Assembly: GCA_949425635.1 (NCBI GenBank)
Contig: CASPWD010000005.1
Coordinates: 28,552 to 92,551 of the forward strand
DNA from: an uncultured Bacilli bacterium
GTDB taxonomy: Bacteria; Bacillota_I; Bacilli_A; RF39; UBA660
DNA length: 64,000 nucleotides
Direction: 5' to 3'
In this document: piece after piece, positions 37,353-46,741 of the stretch
Position numbering within the stretch: position 1 is the stretch's first letter
Layout: the number at the start of each line of letters is the position of its first letter
Notes under the pieces: model-generated
The model's input: the letters and a program-made list of their open reading frames with translations, nothing else
Told to the model about the DNA's origin: nothing
Databases searched by the model: none
Position numbers and translations under genes: made by a program

Positions 37353-38688
37353 ACCAACACATCCCATACTTTATTGGAACAAAAGCAGCTACTTTCATTT
37401 CCTTATCTTGATTGTTATATTTCATCCAATCTACATTATCTGTAATAATTTCGTACCCCTCTTTTTTTAAATTTTTAAGTAATAATTCTATTTCATGTTC
37501 TAAGTCCTTATTTTCTATATTAGGTTTATTTCCATGAATATACTGTGTCTTATTAATTACATTTCCGTTCTCTTCATAAACTGGAGTTCCATATCTATAA
37601 GCTAAGTAATGTAAACGAAGTTCGTGAGGTTTAATACTTTTAAGTAACTTTCTTGTTTTCTTTAAATCTTCTACCTTTGTTCCAGGATAATCTAAAATAA
37701 AACTAGTTCTTACTCTATAACCCATATCTTTTACTTCTTTAATTATCTCTTCTACTCTTTTAACATCCATCTCTTTGTTCATCATTTTTAATATCTTTGG
37801 ACTACCAGATTCTAAACCAAAATGAATCCATCGAAATCCAACTTTATACATTTCTTCTAACATTTCTGCATCATAACACTTAATGCTACACAAAGCTCCA
37901 AATAAACATTTTATCTTTCTTTTTCTAATAAGATTACAAATTCTCATCATACGTTTTTTATCAACAGTTGCATTATCATCTAAGAATATTATTTGCTTCG
38001 CTTTATATTTTTTTATCAATATTTCTATTTCATCTACAACTTCTACAGGTGACTTACCACACCACTTTCTAAAATAGTAAGGTGTTGTACAAAACTTACA
38101 TCCACCAATACATCCTCTAGAAGTGATTATCGTTCTTGTCTCCATATACTTAGAAATATCCACGAATTCTCTATCTATCATTGGAAGTTTATTGTAATTA
38201 TTTGGCATAAAGACTTGTTTAGTAATGACAACTTTCTCATTATCTTTATAAACAATATTAGGAATTTTATTTAACTTGTCCTTATCAAATACATTTTCTA
38301 TAACATCATTAATTAATTCTTCTGCAATTCCCTTTATAACTACATCAACACCATTTTCTAAAAACTTACTATAAGAGTATGTTGATGTTTTACCAACCAT
38401 AATGACTTTACTTTCTCTATTTAGATTCTTGATTATTTCAAATATATTATTTATTGCTTCACTTGTATGTAGTGGTAACTGATAGTCATAAACAAATACA
38501 ATAACATTTTTACTTTCTAGATATTCATTTATATTATTTTCCATTCTATTAACATCCATATCGATAACTCTTACATTATTAAATCTTTCTTTAACTACTG
38601 TAGCTATTTGTAGAACATCAAGTGGTTCAGCTAAGATTGTTTCATTTGTAAAAGGTTTATTAGGTGGGTTTACTACTAAAATATTCAT
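37342..38688 (-). CDS. B12-binding-domain radical SAM enzyme (class B-like)
   Basis: N-terminal Rossmann-like region of about 170 aa, then 'CIGGCKFC' and a TIM-barrel region. 448 aa. Confidence 0.75.
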   Translation of the reverse strand: MNILVVNPPNKPFTNETILAEPLDVLQIATVVKERFNNVRVIDMDVNRMENNINEYLESKNVIVFVYDYQLPLHTSEAINNIFEIIKNLNRESKVIMVGKTSTYSYSKFLENGVDVVIKGIAEELINDVIENVFDKDKLNKIPNIVYKDNEKVVITKQVFMPNNYNKLPMIDREFVDISKYMETRTIITSRGCIGGCKFCTTPYYFRKWCGKSPVEVVDEIEILIKKYKAKQIIFLDDNATVDKKRMMRICNLIRKRKIKCLFGALCSIKCYDAEMLEEMYKVGFRWIHFGLESGSPKILKMMNKEMDVKRVEEIIKEVKDMGYRVRTSFILDYPGTKVEDLKKTRKLLKSIKPHELRLHYLAYRYGTPVYEENGNVINKTQYIHGNKPNIENKDLEHEIELLLKNLKKEGYEIITDNVDWMKYNNQDKEMKVAAFVPIKYGMCWYEE

Positions 38689-38803
38689 ATTTATCTCTCC
38701 TCTTATTTACATTATAGTAATAACATACAAATAAATAAAATGAATATTTCTCATATACAACATTACTCGTAGTTATATAAAATCGGAGACTGGTTTCTAA
38801 CAT

Positions 38804-38828
38804 AAAAAAAGGACTATTAATTAGTCCT
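38804..38828 (-). terminator. Intrinsic terminator separating gene 38834-39547 from the radical SAM operon
   Basis: Minus-strand AGGACTAATTAATAGTCCT followed by T7. Confidence 0.8.
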
Positions 38829-38833
38829 ATAAA

Positions 38834-39547
38834 TTATTTAGTTAATTTTTTACTTTGAACACTTTCTAAAGAAAAATCTTTGTTTTCAAGAACTGTACAA
38901 GAAAAACCATATTTCTTAGCTATTTTATTTACTGACTCTGCAGTTACATTTCTTTTATCACCTTGATTAATTAATAAAATCAATTTATCTTCAAGTCTAA
39001 TAAGACCGCGGAATAGTCTTCCATCTACTTGGAATTCTGCTTCTTTGTCTTCGTCTAAATAGTTTAAATCATCACTTTCGACATCTGTTGTGTATCCTAA
39101 ACTTAGACTTCCTTCAAGAAATGGGAAATAATCAAAGCCTCTATTATTAGTTCTTGATATGCTATCAGCAAAAGCATCATCTACTACATATTCTTCTCTA
39201 GCGAACCATAATTCAGGAATGGTTTTATCGTCTTCATGTTTTTCTGATATTGGAGCAAAACTTACTTCATGATAAACAAAACCTTTATTATCTAAATAAG
39301 ATCTTATATCATTTGCTATGACTTCTCCACCACGCATTAACATTAATAAAATATCATTTTCTTCACTATATAAAAATGTGTCAAATTGTCTACTTACTAT
39401 TTTTTCTCCACCAAGATTAAAGTTACTTAAAACATTAGTAAAAATAATAATATCATTATCAGTTTTTATATTATCTAAAGCGGTTTTTAATTCACTTGGT
39501 AAAGATTGGATTGCCCATACATCTAAATTGCTATTCATACTAAACAC
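38834..39547 (-). CDS. Hypothetical acidic protein
   Basis: 237-aa ORF behind an AGGAGAG RBS. No motif recognised. Confidence 0.4.
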   Translation of the reverse strand: MFSMNSNLDVWAIQSLPSELKTALDNIKTDNDIIIFTNVLSNFNLGGEKIVSRQFDTFLYSEENDILLMLMRGGEVIANDIRSYLDNKGFVYHEVSFAPISEKHEDDKTIPELWFAREEYVVDDAFADSISRTNNRGFDYFPFLEGSLSLGYTTDVESDDLNYLDEDKEAEFQVDGRLFRGLIRLEDKLILLINQGDKRNVTAESVNKIAKKYGFSCTVLENKDFSLESVQSKKLTK

Positions 39548-39662
39548 TCTCCTATGTTCAATTTTTATGTGGTTTTAATATCTTAGCATATTATTTAAAA
39601 ACTAGCAAGTAAGGTGACAAAATATAACATATTGTTATAGATAAAAATGTAAATTATTCTAA

Positions 39663-40445
39663 TTAGAATAATCCCCATTCGGCAAATTTTTCGAAGCCTC
39701 CAATACTTTTAATATATTCTTTTGCTTCAGAAACTATGGAACTATAAGGCAAATTATCAACAAATTCATCGCCAATTGCACAACTTATTTTTACAACTTC
39801 GCCCGTTTCTTGAGCTTTTTTGAAAGCGTAAATATTTATAGAAACGTCAGCTTTGGATAAATCTTTGCCATGTAACCCGCCTCCTGTAATGCTGTCTGCC
39901 ATATCAGATCCTAATTTTCTGTTCGTTGCTCCTGAGTCGACATCTGTTCCTCCAGTCCATTCTCCTAAAGGGTTTATAACTGCATCAGGATAAATTGTTT
40001 TTAAATCATCTGTCTTGGCATTACTTTGACAAATTATAAGTTTATCATTATCTAAAATATATTTACCATCAAATGGATACTTTGAATAAATTTCTCTAGC
40101 AATTTTAGATAACTCTTTTTGCTCTTTCGTTAAAGGCACTCCTTTAAATATTCCATTATCTCCACATCTAATTTGATTTGTTTGGTTAGCTGCTAGGTGA
40201 ATATCTTGTTTTACAACATTTAAATCTAACTTAAGTGGACCAGCTATACGATTTACAATTTTTTGTACTTCATTTTCTGTAAAGTTTTCACTTGTTTCAG
40301 CAATAATATGACAATTTCCATGGCCTATAAGTACTTCTACAGCTATTTTACAATTGTCATTTTTAGAATAAGCAAGATCAACTAGAGCTCCAGCTATTCT
40401 ATCAGCCACCTTATCAGGATGGCTTGGGTTTACTTTCTCAATCAT
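39663..40445 (-). CDS. Compact S-adenosylmethionine synthetase (MetK)-like protein
   Basis: I place the start at MIEKVNP behind a GGAGG RBS. 'SHPDKVADRIAGALVD' aligns with MetK 'GHPDKIADQISDAVLD', 'CGDNGIFKG' with 'GDQGLMFGY', and 'NPLGEW..GG...DSGATNRKLGSD....ITGGGLHGKDLSKADVS' with 'NPTGRFVIGGP.GD.GLTGRKIIVDTYGG...HGGGAFSGKDPSKVDRS'. It is only about 260 aa, versus about 385-400 aa for canonical MetK. Confidence 0.65.
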   Translation of the reverse strand: MIEKVNPSHPDKVADRIAGALVDLAYSKNDNCKIAVEVLIGHGNCHIIAETSENFTENEVQKIVNRIAGPLKLDLNVVKQDIHLAANQTNQIRCGDNGIFKGVPLTKEQKELSKIAREIYSKYPFDGKYILDNDKLIICQSNAKTDDLKTIYPDAVINPLGEWTGGTDVDSGATNRKLGSDMADSITGGGLHGKDLSKADVSINIYAFKKAQETGEVVKISCAIGDEFVDNLPYSSIVSEAKEYIKSIGGFEKFAEWGLF

Positions 40446-40469
40446 TTTAAAATCTCCTCCTAACACATC

Positions 40470-40595
40470 AAATAAAAACACCCAAGATAACTTTCTTGAG
40501 TGTAAAAGCTATCTTATCGTACTAGCATTACCACCTAATTTAATAGGTTGGTGCGACTTCTTAGGGCTAGTCCCTCCATCGCTCTTTATAAGATG
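40470..40595 (-). promoter_or_regulatory. SAM-I (S-box) riboswitch with terminator
   Basis: Minus-strand read is CTTATAAAGAGCGATGGAGGGACTAGCCCTAAGAAGTCGCACCAACC...GGTGGTAATGCTAGTACGATAAG, showing the S-box blocks GAGGGA, GCCC, AAGAA, CAACC and GGTG.TAA. It is followed by the terminator CACTCAAGAAAGTTATCTTGGGTG + T5. Confidence 0.85.
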
Positions 40596-40669
40596 TTAAA
40601 TTCATTATACTATTTAAAGTATAAAATAACAATAACATTTTATTAAATAAGATTAACTTCTTTTGTTAT

Positions 40670-41269
40670 TTATTTTTTGGCTCTTCGCCTTTCCTCGAAT
40701 TCTAGCATAAATTCTGGGTTCGAACTATCTACAACTGGAATTCCATAATCTTCTGCTATACTTTCTATTTTACTAATAAATTCAGAATATTCATCTGGTG
40801 TAAAATATGTGAAATTTGATAACTTAATAAGATTACTAATCGTAGGAGTTCTATGATATGGAATACCAATTGCTATTACTTTTTCAAAAGGAATAAAATA
40901 ACGTGCTTGGTATTCATCAATTAAATCACTAAAACGTTTATCTGGATTATCTGTTCTTAACTTCATTAAATCGAAACGATTCATTGTACTAGCATCTTCT
41001 ATATATACTGGCTTTTCAACCTCTATATCATCTGAAATTATAAAACAAAAGTTATCTATAATATATTTATTAAATGCATTGTTTGGATGGCTTTTATAAA
41101 CTTCTTCTCCCATATATTTACATAAACTAATATAGTCACCTTCATTAAATCCTATTCTGTTAACTAACATTCTTTTTGATGCAGAACTAATTTCTCTATC
41201 TTTTAAAATATCTAATAGTTTTTCGTCAACTAAACCATTTACTACACCATGATAATACATAAATCTCAC
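40670..41269 (-). CDS. Hypothetical protein
   Basis: 199-aa ORF. No motif recognised. Confidence 0.35.
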   Translation of the reverse strand: MRFMYYHGVVNGLVDEKLLDILKDREISSASKRMLVNRIGFNEGDYISLCKYMGEEVYKSHPNNAFNKYIIDNFCFIISDDIEVEKPVYIEDASTMNRFDLMKLRTDNPDKRFSDLIDEYQARYFIPFEKVIAIGIPYHRTPTISNLIKLSNFTYFTPDEYSEFISKIESIAEDYGIPVVDSSNPEFMLEFEERRRAKK

Positions 41270-41340
41270 CTAATTTAATAATACCATATTTATAACGCTG
41301 AAGAAAATATAAAAGAAAAAAGTCCTTTATGGACTTAATA

Positions 41341-41826
41341 TTAAACATATAATAAGATATTTAATAGAATGGCAATAACTAAAACAATGGCAATCATACC
41401 TAATAATGTAAGTAATGATAAGAAAATTTTAGATATAATATTCATATTTGATGTACAAATTTTGAAAGTTAAACTGATACCTAAGAAAGCAAAGCAAACT
41501 CCAATTACACCATTAAAGAAATTTATAGCATTTAATACAACAAAGATATATGTCCATTTTGGAATATTTTCTATCATAGTATAATCTTTTTCAGTATCAT
41601 AATTTTGGCCATCAACAACTAAAATGTATTTATTAAAATTATAAACTAAATAGATTTCATGCTCTTCAACTGGTAGTTTATATTCAGTAATTACGCCCAT
41701 TAATGATTTATGTCTTAAAGGAGCTATTTTGAATTCTTCGTCATCAATTTTTATCTTATTAGATGAGATAAGTTTTATTTCATAATCTTTCTCTTCAGTC
41801 TTAACAATCCATTTCTTTTTTTCCAT
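41341..41826 (-). CDS. Hypothetical membrane protein (soluble N-domain + 2-3 TM)
   Basis: 161-aa ORF with a hydrophobic C-terminal half. Confidence 0.4.
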   Translation of the reverse strand: MEKKKWIVKTEEKDYEIKLISSNKIKIDDEEFKIAPLRHKSLMGVITEYKLPVEEHEIYLVYNFNKYILVVDGQNYDTEKDYTMIENIPKWTYIFVVLNAINFFNGVIGVCFAFLGISLTFKICTSNMNIISKIFLSLLTLLGMIAIVLVIAILLNILLYV

Positions 41827-41916
41827 GATTTTACATCCTCTTTCTTAATAATATTTCTTCGTAGTTGTTATATTATCATTAAGGTTTGATAAAATCAATT
41901 TTTTCTTATATATTTA

Positions 41917-43149
41917 TTATTGATATGGATTTTTTCTTCTTTTTGTAAGAGTTTTAGCTTCATTTTGTTTTTCAGCTTTTGGAGTTATTGATTCATAAGA
42001 TGGTTCTTCTAATGATGAATTTTCTAAAGCGTCTTCTGTTGTTAAAACACTTTGTTTTGCTTCACTGATTGATTTTGTAGATGACAACATAATAGTTTCC
42101 TCTTCTGAACAAGTGATATAAAACTCTTCTAAAGCTCTTTTATTTTCTTGAAGCTCTATAGTTAGACCAATAATTACAGTTATAGTATTATTTATTAACT
42201 GTTCTAAATCTTGAGAGCAATTTAAATGATTTTCGGCTGATTGATTCAATATTGTTTCTGGGAGATTTTCTTTTATTGTTTCAAATGCCTGGTTTTTTAC
42301 TTTATCTCTGTAAGTAAGATAGCCTGCTGTTCCTACTGTTCCAGCTATAAATGGTGATATAACAGCAAGAAAACTATTAAAGTTAGGTGGTAATTGAAAA
42401 GGTGTATTTATATATGCAATCATGATGGTAATAAAAATATATAGTAAAGTATATAAACCGCCCATACATGAAGCTGCTAAAGTTTCCATTATACGAATAC
42501 TCTTATCTAATTGATGAGAAAATCTAGAGTGTATTACCTTAGTCGTTGTTAGAGTATCTAGTTCTTTATATTTACTTTGTAATGTGGACTCTAATTGTCT
42601 TCCCTTTTCTTCTCTTTCTTTTATAGAGAGATTATTGTCTTTATCATTTATTTCATACTTACTTGATAAAGATGAAAGTGTTTTTTCGTTACTAGTTAAA
42701 TTTTCTATAGTTCTTGTTAAGGCAATATTTCTTGTTTCAATCTTTTTTAGTTCAATCTCGTTTTTGATTTCTTCAGTTAGTTTATCTTGTTCAGTATTAG
42801 CATTTGTAAAGTTTGCTAGACGTTCTTTAAGTTTAAACTTTTTCTCCATTGCCTTTCTAGTGATTGTTCCAATTAATCCAGATCCTCCTAATAAAACAAA
42901 CGGATAAATCTCTCGGGGGATTGATTGAATAAATAGTGGTGTGTCAAAAGCTGCTAAGGATATAGCCGATATAACAAAAAGTCCTAAATATCCAAATAAA
43001 GAAAATGCAATAGTTGTAGTTAGCTTATAATCTACTTGATTTACTTTTGCCATTCTAGTTCTTTCATCATATAGCAAAGATGATTCATTGTTTTTTTCGA
43101 TTGTTCTTTGTAATTCGTTTTTTGACTTTTCAAAATCTTTAATTTTCAT
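41917..43149 (-). CDS. Hypothetical membrane protein with coiled-coil loop
   Basis: 410 aa. Two pairs of TM segments flank a long helical K/E-rich region. Confidence 0.4.
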   Translation of the reverse strand: MKIKDFEKSKNELQRTIEKNNESSLLYDERTRMAKVNQVDYKLTTTIAFSLFGYLGLFVISAISLAAFDTPLFIQSIPREIYPFVLLGGSGLIGTITRKAMEKKFKLKERLANFTNANTEQDKLTEEIKNEIELKKIETRNIALTRTIENLTSNEKTLSSLSSKYEINDKDNNLSIKEREEKGRQLESTLQSKYKELDTLTTTKVIHSRFSHQLDKSIRIMETLAASCMGGLYTLLYIFITIMIAYINTPFQLPPNFNSFLAVISPFIAGTVGTAGYLTYRDKVKNQAFETIKENLPETILNQSAENHLNCSQDLEQLINNTITVIIGLTIELQENKRALEEFYITCSEEETIMLSSTKSISEAKQSVLTTEDALENSSLEEPSYESITPKAEKQNEAKTLTKRRKNPYQ

Positions 43150-43419
43150 AAAAACTCCTATCTAAAAAGATTATATCACATTCTTATTATTTAGATTTAG
43201 CAATTATATAGTAATAAAAAAATGTAAATTAACACTTTTTTTTGTAAATATGCAAAGTAAAATATTATTTTTATAAAATGTGCTTTTGCTTTATAATTTC
43301 AAGGCAAAATATTATTTTAGTTTTAATTAATCTCTTTATTTAATTTATTTAAAAAAGTTTTGTCAATTAATTTCAAAAACTTGATTGACAAAGAGTTTAA
43401 AATAATATATCATTTAATT

Positions 43420-43512
43420 AGCATGATAGATGTCATGCTGGTTACTTTCACGATTAGTGTGAAGGTGAATCAACCAAAACCCCCTGAAGAGAGCGAAAGC
43501 TCTCATTTTTTG
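43420..43512 (+). ncRNA. Candidate orphan small RNA (about 90 nt)
   Basis: Promoter of TTGACA (43385-90), 17 nt spacer, TATCAT (43408-13). Hairpins are AGCATGA-TAGATG-TCATGCT and ACTTTCAC-GATTAGT-GTGAAGGT, the latter enclosed by TGGTT/AACCA. It ends in the terminator GAGAGC-GAAA-GCTCTC + T6 (43489-43511). There is no downstream plus-strand ORF. Confidence 0.45.
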
Positions 43513-43567
43513 TTTTAAATTATGTTAATAAAAAATGTACTAATCTTTTAATTAGTACATTTTTATT

Positions 43568-44119
43568 TTATTTTTTCGTTATTGTATAATTTAATATTTC
43601 TGCTAATTCTTTGGAATTTAAAACTTTTTTATCTATATTAGCTAGTGTTTTTACTTGATTGCCTTCAGAATCAAATACATCTCCACCACGTACTTCAATA
43701 ATTAGATACTTATTTTCTTTTGGAATTTGATAATATAATGTAGCATTCCAAGTGTCTTCTTCTATAAAATAATTATAAGTTTTATCATTAATTGTAACTT
43801 CTTCTTTTGCAGAATTGTATGTTTTATCGCTATTTTCAATATCTTTTAAATCAACAAAGTCTACAAAATATGTACTTTTATTATTGCTTGATAATTCAAA
43901 TGAAGTTTCAAAATATGTTCCTTCTGAAGGATGACCTACTTCTTTGGATTTAATATCAATGGTATAGCCATTAATACTAAAGCTTGTATTAGAAAATGAG
44001 CCAGTCTCGTTTTCAGAATTTTCTTTATTGGAATCACTTTTTGTAAATATACATACTGCAACTACTAAAATTATTATTACGATAATTACTCCTGTTATTA
44101 TTCCTATTTTCTTATTCAT
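43568..44119 (-). CDS. Membrane-anchored hypothetical protein
   Basis: 183 aa with an N-terminal TM segment and an extracytoplasmic domain. Confidence 0.4.
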   Translation of the reverse strand: MNKKIGIITGVIIVIIILVVAVCIFTKSDSNKENSENETGSFSNTSFSINGYTIDIKSKEVGHPSEGTYFETSFELSSNNKSTYFVDFVDLKDIENSDKTYNSAKEEVTINDKTYNYFIEEDTWNATLYYQIPKENKYLIIEVRGGDVFDSEGNQVKTLANIDKKVLNSKELAEILNYTITKK

Positions 44120-44319
44120 TTTTACTACTCCTTTTATTGATTTATTATTTTAATTGTTTCACATAATTTTTCTTTAATCAAGAATTAAGAAACATTATTT
44201 TATAATTAATTTATTTCTTCATAAAAAAATCCGCTGGCTTAGCTAGCAGTTTTTTTATATCAAAATGACTCAAGATTTTTTCTTAATCTTCTGTATATTA
44301 AATTAAAATTAGCTGATTT

Positions 44320-46398
44320 TTAGAGTAAGCTTTTTGTATTGTTAGGATTTATTTTTATAATACAATCATCAATAATTTCACTTATTTTACTAAATATTTC
44401 ATTATCATTTTCAATTGGTTCTATAGCGTCTAAACACTTCTTTATAAACATACTATTTTGATAATAAACGTATTCCATATCTCTTATAAGTAATTTATCT
44501 AACTTTAAATTACTTTTTATTTCAAAAATACTTTGATTTATAAAGAAAAAACCTAATAATCCAACAAGTCTGCTTTCTTCTACTTCAGTTAGTGGATTTT
44601 GTACTTTAAAATATCTTGGAATTTTAGTTATATTTAAATGAATAAAGGAAGACAATCCATCAAAAATATTATCGTAGAACTCAGTATAGTTTGTACTTTT
44701 TGAACTTATTTCTTTCATATTTATTTTAGTATTAAATTGTTCTCCAGTTATTTTATTAACCAAAATGTGTTTTGAAAGCTTTCCATCATGATTTACTTTA
44801 TATTGTGCTTCTCCTTTTTCTAGTAATGATAGAGAAAGAATTTTTTCTCGAAAAAGGTTATCATTTTTTAAAAACACTTCTGTCTGCATTAAATCTTCAA
44901 ATAAAATTCTGGTTATATTAGAAACTTCCTCTACTGATTTCTCTTCAATTCCATTTTGTAAAATTTGACCATCTTTAACTATTTTATTTCCACATAAAAT
45001 GCAAAAATCTTCTTTTTTCTCTATTTTAAAATTTTTGTAATTGAATTGTAGGTCTGTAATCTTATTCATAAATACATTTATTATAATTAAAGCGTTATGT
45101 ATGTAAGTTGGTAAATCCTTTAATGTTTTATTCGCTTCTCGAACTAATTCGAATATAGACATATTATTTTTTAATTTTATAGCATTTTTCTCTTCAAATT
45201 CTGCTAATGCTTCCTTCCATTCTTCTATGTCTAAATCTGTATATTGACTTTTATTAAATTGACTTAATAACATTTCTGTTTTTAATGTTGCATACTGAAT
45301 TCCTAAATCGATGTTTTCATCTGATGTTAAAGTGAATAAATACTCATAAGGGTTCATTGCTTCTTTTGTAGATAAAATATTCATGATTTTTTCGTTTCCA
45401 TATGGATTTCTTCCTATTATTTCTTTGTATCTTTCTATAAGATTAGTAAGTGAATCTGCTGCAACTGGATGTAATTTCAATTCTTTTTTTATTTCGCCAT
45501 CTTCCTTAATCCATTTTAACTCTCTTAATTTACAACAATCCTTATAATTTTTACCACTTCCACATGGGCATAAACTATTTGCCGAAATCTCTCGCTTACA
45601 ATGAAGCTTTGATATTGCTTTTTCGAAGTAACGATTATATTTTTCTATAGTATTTTGATCAAATCTTTCATCTTCATATTCTGTAAATCTTAGCAAAGTT
45701 ATTCCAAATGCCTCCGCGAATTTTTCGCTGATATTTTCTTCTTCTAAGTTAAATTCTTTTTGAAATTGACTAATTAACTTTGGCTTTTTATCAGAAACAT
45801 AATCATATAGGCTTAGACCCAAAAGATAGGTAAAAGAATATTCAAGAGGAAAAGAATTTTTTTCTAAAGAATAAAGTTTATGCAGGAATATTCTATTTAT
45901 TTCACTCTCAAATACTACTGTGTGGGTTTCAGCGTATTTATTTACATATGGAATATTAAAGAAATAATATATTGATTTAGAATTTTCTAATACTTTTATA
46001 AGATTGTATTTATCTTCAGCTATTCTTATTATGTCATTAATAGTTGAGTCACTTAAACTTATATGTTCTTCATCTATCCATTCATCTTCTACAAGATTTG
46101 TTATATTGTCTACTCTGCTTGTAAAGTTTTCTTTGGTTAAGTTAAGTAGATATAAGCAAATAAGCAGCCAATTTGATTCAGAATCAATAAAGAAACAATT
46201 TGTTTTTTCCCCTAATATACTTTTATGGTATTCTGTAATATAAAAAACTAATTCAAAAATTCCTTCATTAAGGTTTTCTAAAAAGTCTTCTACTTTTTCC
46301 TCATCTAAATCGGTATATTTTCTTTTTAAAAACGATAAAAAATTTAAGATATTTTCTTTAGATGATTCCTTTAACATATTTTCTAATTCATTACACAT
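44320..46398 (-). CDS. Large hypothetical protein with internal SEC-C metal-binding motif
   Basis: 692 aa. The motif 'CPCGSGKNYKDCC' lies mid-protein. No other motif recognised. Confidence 0.5.
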   Translation of the reverse strand: MCNELENMLKESSKENILNFLSFLKRKYTDLDEEKVEDFLENLNEGIFELVFYITEYHKSILGEKTNCFFIDSESNWLLICLYLLNLTKENFTSRVDNITNLVEDEWIDEEHISLSDSTINDIIRIAEDKYNLIKVLENSKSIYYFFNIPYVNKYAETHTVVFESEINRIFLHKLYSLEKNSFPLEYSFTYLLGLSLYDYVSDKKPKLISQFQKEFNLEEENISEKFAEAFGITLLRFTEYEDERFDQNTIEKYNRYFEKAISKLHCKREISANSLCPCGSGKNYKDCCKLRELKWIKEDGEIKKELKLHPVAADSLTNLIERYKEIIGRNPYGNEKIMNILSTKEAMNPYEYLFTLTSDENIDLGIQYATLKTEMLLSQFNKSQYTDLDIEEWKEALAEFEEKNAIKLKNNMSIFELVREANKTLKDLPTYIHNALIIINVFMNKITDLQFNYKNFKIEKKEDFCILCGNKIVKDGQILQNGIEEKSVEEVSNITRILFEDLMQTEVFLKNDNLFREKILSLSLLEKGEAQYKVNHDGKLSKHILVNKITGEQFNTKINMKEISSKSTNYTEFYDNIFDGLSSFIHLNITKIPRYFKVQNPLTEVEESRLVGLLGFFFINQSIFEIKSNLKLDKLLIRDMEYVYYQNSMFIKKCLDAIEPIENDNEIFSKISEIIDDCIIKINPNNTKSLL

Positions 46399-46571
46399 AA
46401 TTTTACTCCTTTTAAATCACTTTTATTATATCATTAAATTTATAATTCTTAATATATTATGTTAGGCAATTTATTTCTACTATAGTATTGAATAATTTTT
46501 AATTTTTTTCAAATTTTACTTGAAATATTATAAAAATAATGATATTATCAATTTACATGCAAAACATGTAT

Positions 46572-46646
46572 GCAGGTGTAGTACAACGGTTAGTATGCGA
46601 CCTTGCCAAGGTTGAGATGGCGGTTCGATTCCGCTCACTTGCTCCA
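46572..46646 (+). tRNA. tRNA-Gly (anticodon GCC)
   Basis: Cloverleaf: GCAGGTG / CACTTGC-T-CCA, anticodon stem CGACC/GGTTG with loop TTGCCAA, and a T-arm GGCGG-TTCGATT-CCGCT. A terminator lies at 46657-46687. Confidence 0.85.
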
Positions 46647-46741
46647 TTGGTATTTTAAAGAGACTTTTTAAGAAGTCTCTTTTTTATTGCCATTAATAAT
46701 TTGATATACATAACGATAAAAATATTACCTATAACTCAAAA

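Noticed and set aside
38689-38833. Small minus-strand ORF (MLETSLRFYITTSNVVYEKYSFYLFVCYYYNVNKRRDKYEYFSSKPT) upstream of the B12-radical SAM gene, considered as a hidden precursor peptide
   Set aside because: Its ATG lies inside the U-tract of the preceding terminator and has no RBS. It runs through the likely promoter and out of frame into the radical SAM gene. It is most likely fortuitous in AT-rich sequence.
43420-43512. Whether the orphan RNA is SRP (4.5S) RNA, 6S RNA or tmRNA
   Set aside because: It is too short for 6S or tmRNA. It lacks the conserved SRP domain IV motifs (symmetric/asymmetric loops with a GGAA-type tetraloop in the right context). It is left as an unclassified sRNA candidate.
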